Source of the DNA: Vicugna vicugna | Taxonomy: Eukaryota | DNA length: 64,000 bases | Reading direction: 5' to 3' | NCBI GenBank assembly: GCA_013265495.1 | Contig: MU058065.1 | Span: 9,713,720 to 9,777,719 of the forward strand | Shown here: in pieces, positions 62,311 to 64,000 of the stretch | Layout: the number at the start of each line of letters is the position of its first letter | How positions within the stretch are numbered: position 1 is the stretch's first letter | The notes under the pieces: generated by a model | Told to the model about the DNA's origin: nothing | The model's input: the letters and a program-made list of their open reading frames with translations, nothing else | Database searches by the model: none | Made by a program: the position numbers and the translations under genes

Positions 62311-63289
62311 CATGATTCATAGAATTTTATTTTTAAATTCTGAAATGAAAAACTGCACAACATCAGCATATTTGAAATACTGGGCTCCAGGGCTGGTGGG
62401 AGGAGAGGAGTCAGGTCTGCTGGTGCTGGTGAATGCCCATCTCTACACCAAAAGTGTCTTTGTTTTTGATAGTAACCATCCTAAAGTGTGTGTACATTCT
62501 CTTCTAATCAGTGAGTTTCCCCTCCATCTCTCTGTCTTCTCTCTTTTTAAAGAAACAAGATGGTTCTGTTTTCTATCATCAAGATTTTTCTGATTGCATG
62601 CCTCTACTGCCAATTTACAATGCAATGCTTGTAAAAACCCATTAGTCCTGAATTTGAATTAGGGGTATCAGTGAGGTATGGACATGTAGTATATTTTATT
62701 CTTTTTCCAAATCACATACTTCCTAACTTTGTTCCCTGTAATGGCCTAGAACAATGACCAACCCAAGCCACCAATGAGTACCACCAGCTTGCATTTCTCC
62801 TTACACATAAACTATAACGTTTTGGTGAAAAGGCTGATTTCAGGTCTGGGGTGGGAAATGCACAAGATGAACATGGAAATCTTGTCACATCTGAAAGCAA
62901 AGTCACTATCAAAGACTGCTGAAATTGTTTCAAAAGGACTCAGGAACCAACTTGAGCAGGTTGGCATTGGCTAAAGATGGCCTAATTTGTGCACAAATAA
63001 ATAGTTGCAATGGATTAAAATATAACAAATATACTTACAGAAATACATGCAGAATGAAAAAACTAAAGAAAGATCCATTAGTCACCTTTGGAGGCACCTA
63101 TAGATCCAATTCATTATTTTGAAAGCTAGTAAGTAAGTTAATAAATCTTTTATTCTGTCTTTTCTATACTGGACCTAAGATAATCAAATTCCTGATGAGA
63201 TACTTTCTCTTTACAAAGTATTGCAGTTCATCAATGAAGAAAAACAGTAGTACAGTAACATTTGGCAACTCCTACTGGCCGAAGGAGCT

Positions 63290-63460
63290 GGGCTTTGAGC
63301 ATCAGTGTCTGCTACCATCATGAAATGGGCGACGACCAGACATTGTGTGCCACCCAATGGAAGTTCACAGCATCATCTCTAAAGTAGTCTTGCCAAAATG
63401 GCAAAAACTGAATCTCATTAAACCTGTAGATTTACCTACAAGTTTACAAGAAATATGAAT
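63290..63460 (+). mobile_element. Old L1 (L1MC/ME) 3'UTR fragment
   Basis: ccagacattgtgtgccacc...cacagcatcatctctaaagtagtcttgccaaaa...tgaatctcattaaacctgtagattt...agtttacaagaaata. Confidence 0.5.
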
Positions 63461-64000
63461 CAAATGGAACAACTGTTTTTTCTTAAGTTATCTTATATAA
63501 TTAATTTCAGAAAAATAACAGACATTGAAACTAGGAATGAATGCATATCCATTGCACAAAATAAGCCTAGACTTTTCCAGAAATTTCATATAAAAGCACA
63601 TAAGTATTTGCCTAGTTCAGATTTTTGTCTTAAGAAGGGGTTAATCTTAGTGGCAAAGGAGACTTTTTAAAAGCGCTTGGCACTTAACATGACGCCTATT
63701 ATTTCTCTCGACATCCTATCTTCTTATCTTGCTCTTGGTTTTGTGGAGTGAGATGAAAGAAAATTGCTAGCGCTCTGTAGCACTGTGTGCTTGGTTTTAG
63801 GAATCTCAGCTTTGATTCAGATATTTTAAATGTTTTCCTGTCTGAAAAAAAGGGGAAAAAAAGTGAGATTCAAATAAGGGGCCAACAGGGAGAGGGACAG
63901 TTAAATTGGATTCTATAGTGTTCAGTTCCCTGACTACAAGAATAATCCTATTAATAATCTTGCCTTCTGACCTTGTGTAGTCGGAATTCTTTGTTCCCTA

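Noticed and set aside
1..64000. CRISPR arrays, operons, or a novel multi-gene system
   Set aside because: This is eukaryotic single-gene locus DNA. There is no regularly spaced repeat-spacer array and no second credible protein-coding gene.

Overview
This is a mammalian genomic window, very probably from a camelid. That call rests on three copies of a tRNA-derived SINE of the camelid vic-1 type plus artiodactyl-type L1 3' ends. It holds one complete protein-coding gene, CAVIN2 (SDPR, serum deprivation response / caveolae-associated protein 2), on the minus strand. The gene has two coding exons (14515-14033 and 4225-3434) joined by a ~9.8 kb phase-0 GT-AG intron, giving a 424-aa protein, and a 3'UTR running to about 1.8 kb. 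The remaining ~49 kb upstream of the gene is non-coding and repeat-rich. It contains a full-length decayed Tigger1 transposon with a SINE inside it, several L1 3' ends (one 5'-inverted), MaLR and ERV solo LTRs, and L2/MIR/CR1 relics. I found no evidence of a novel multi-gene system. The most interesting items are small: a candidate uORF and an ATF4-C/EBP (AARE) element at CAVIN2, a CpG-dense 3' coding end, an unexplained ~85-bp intronic duplication, a possible retrotransposed mRNA 3' fragment, and nested or inverted insertion histories. Repeat family names come from my recognition of consensus sequences and need RepeatMasker/Dfam confirmation.
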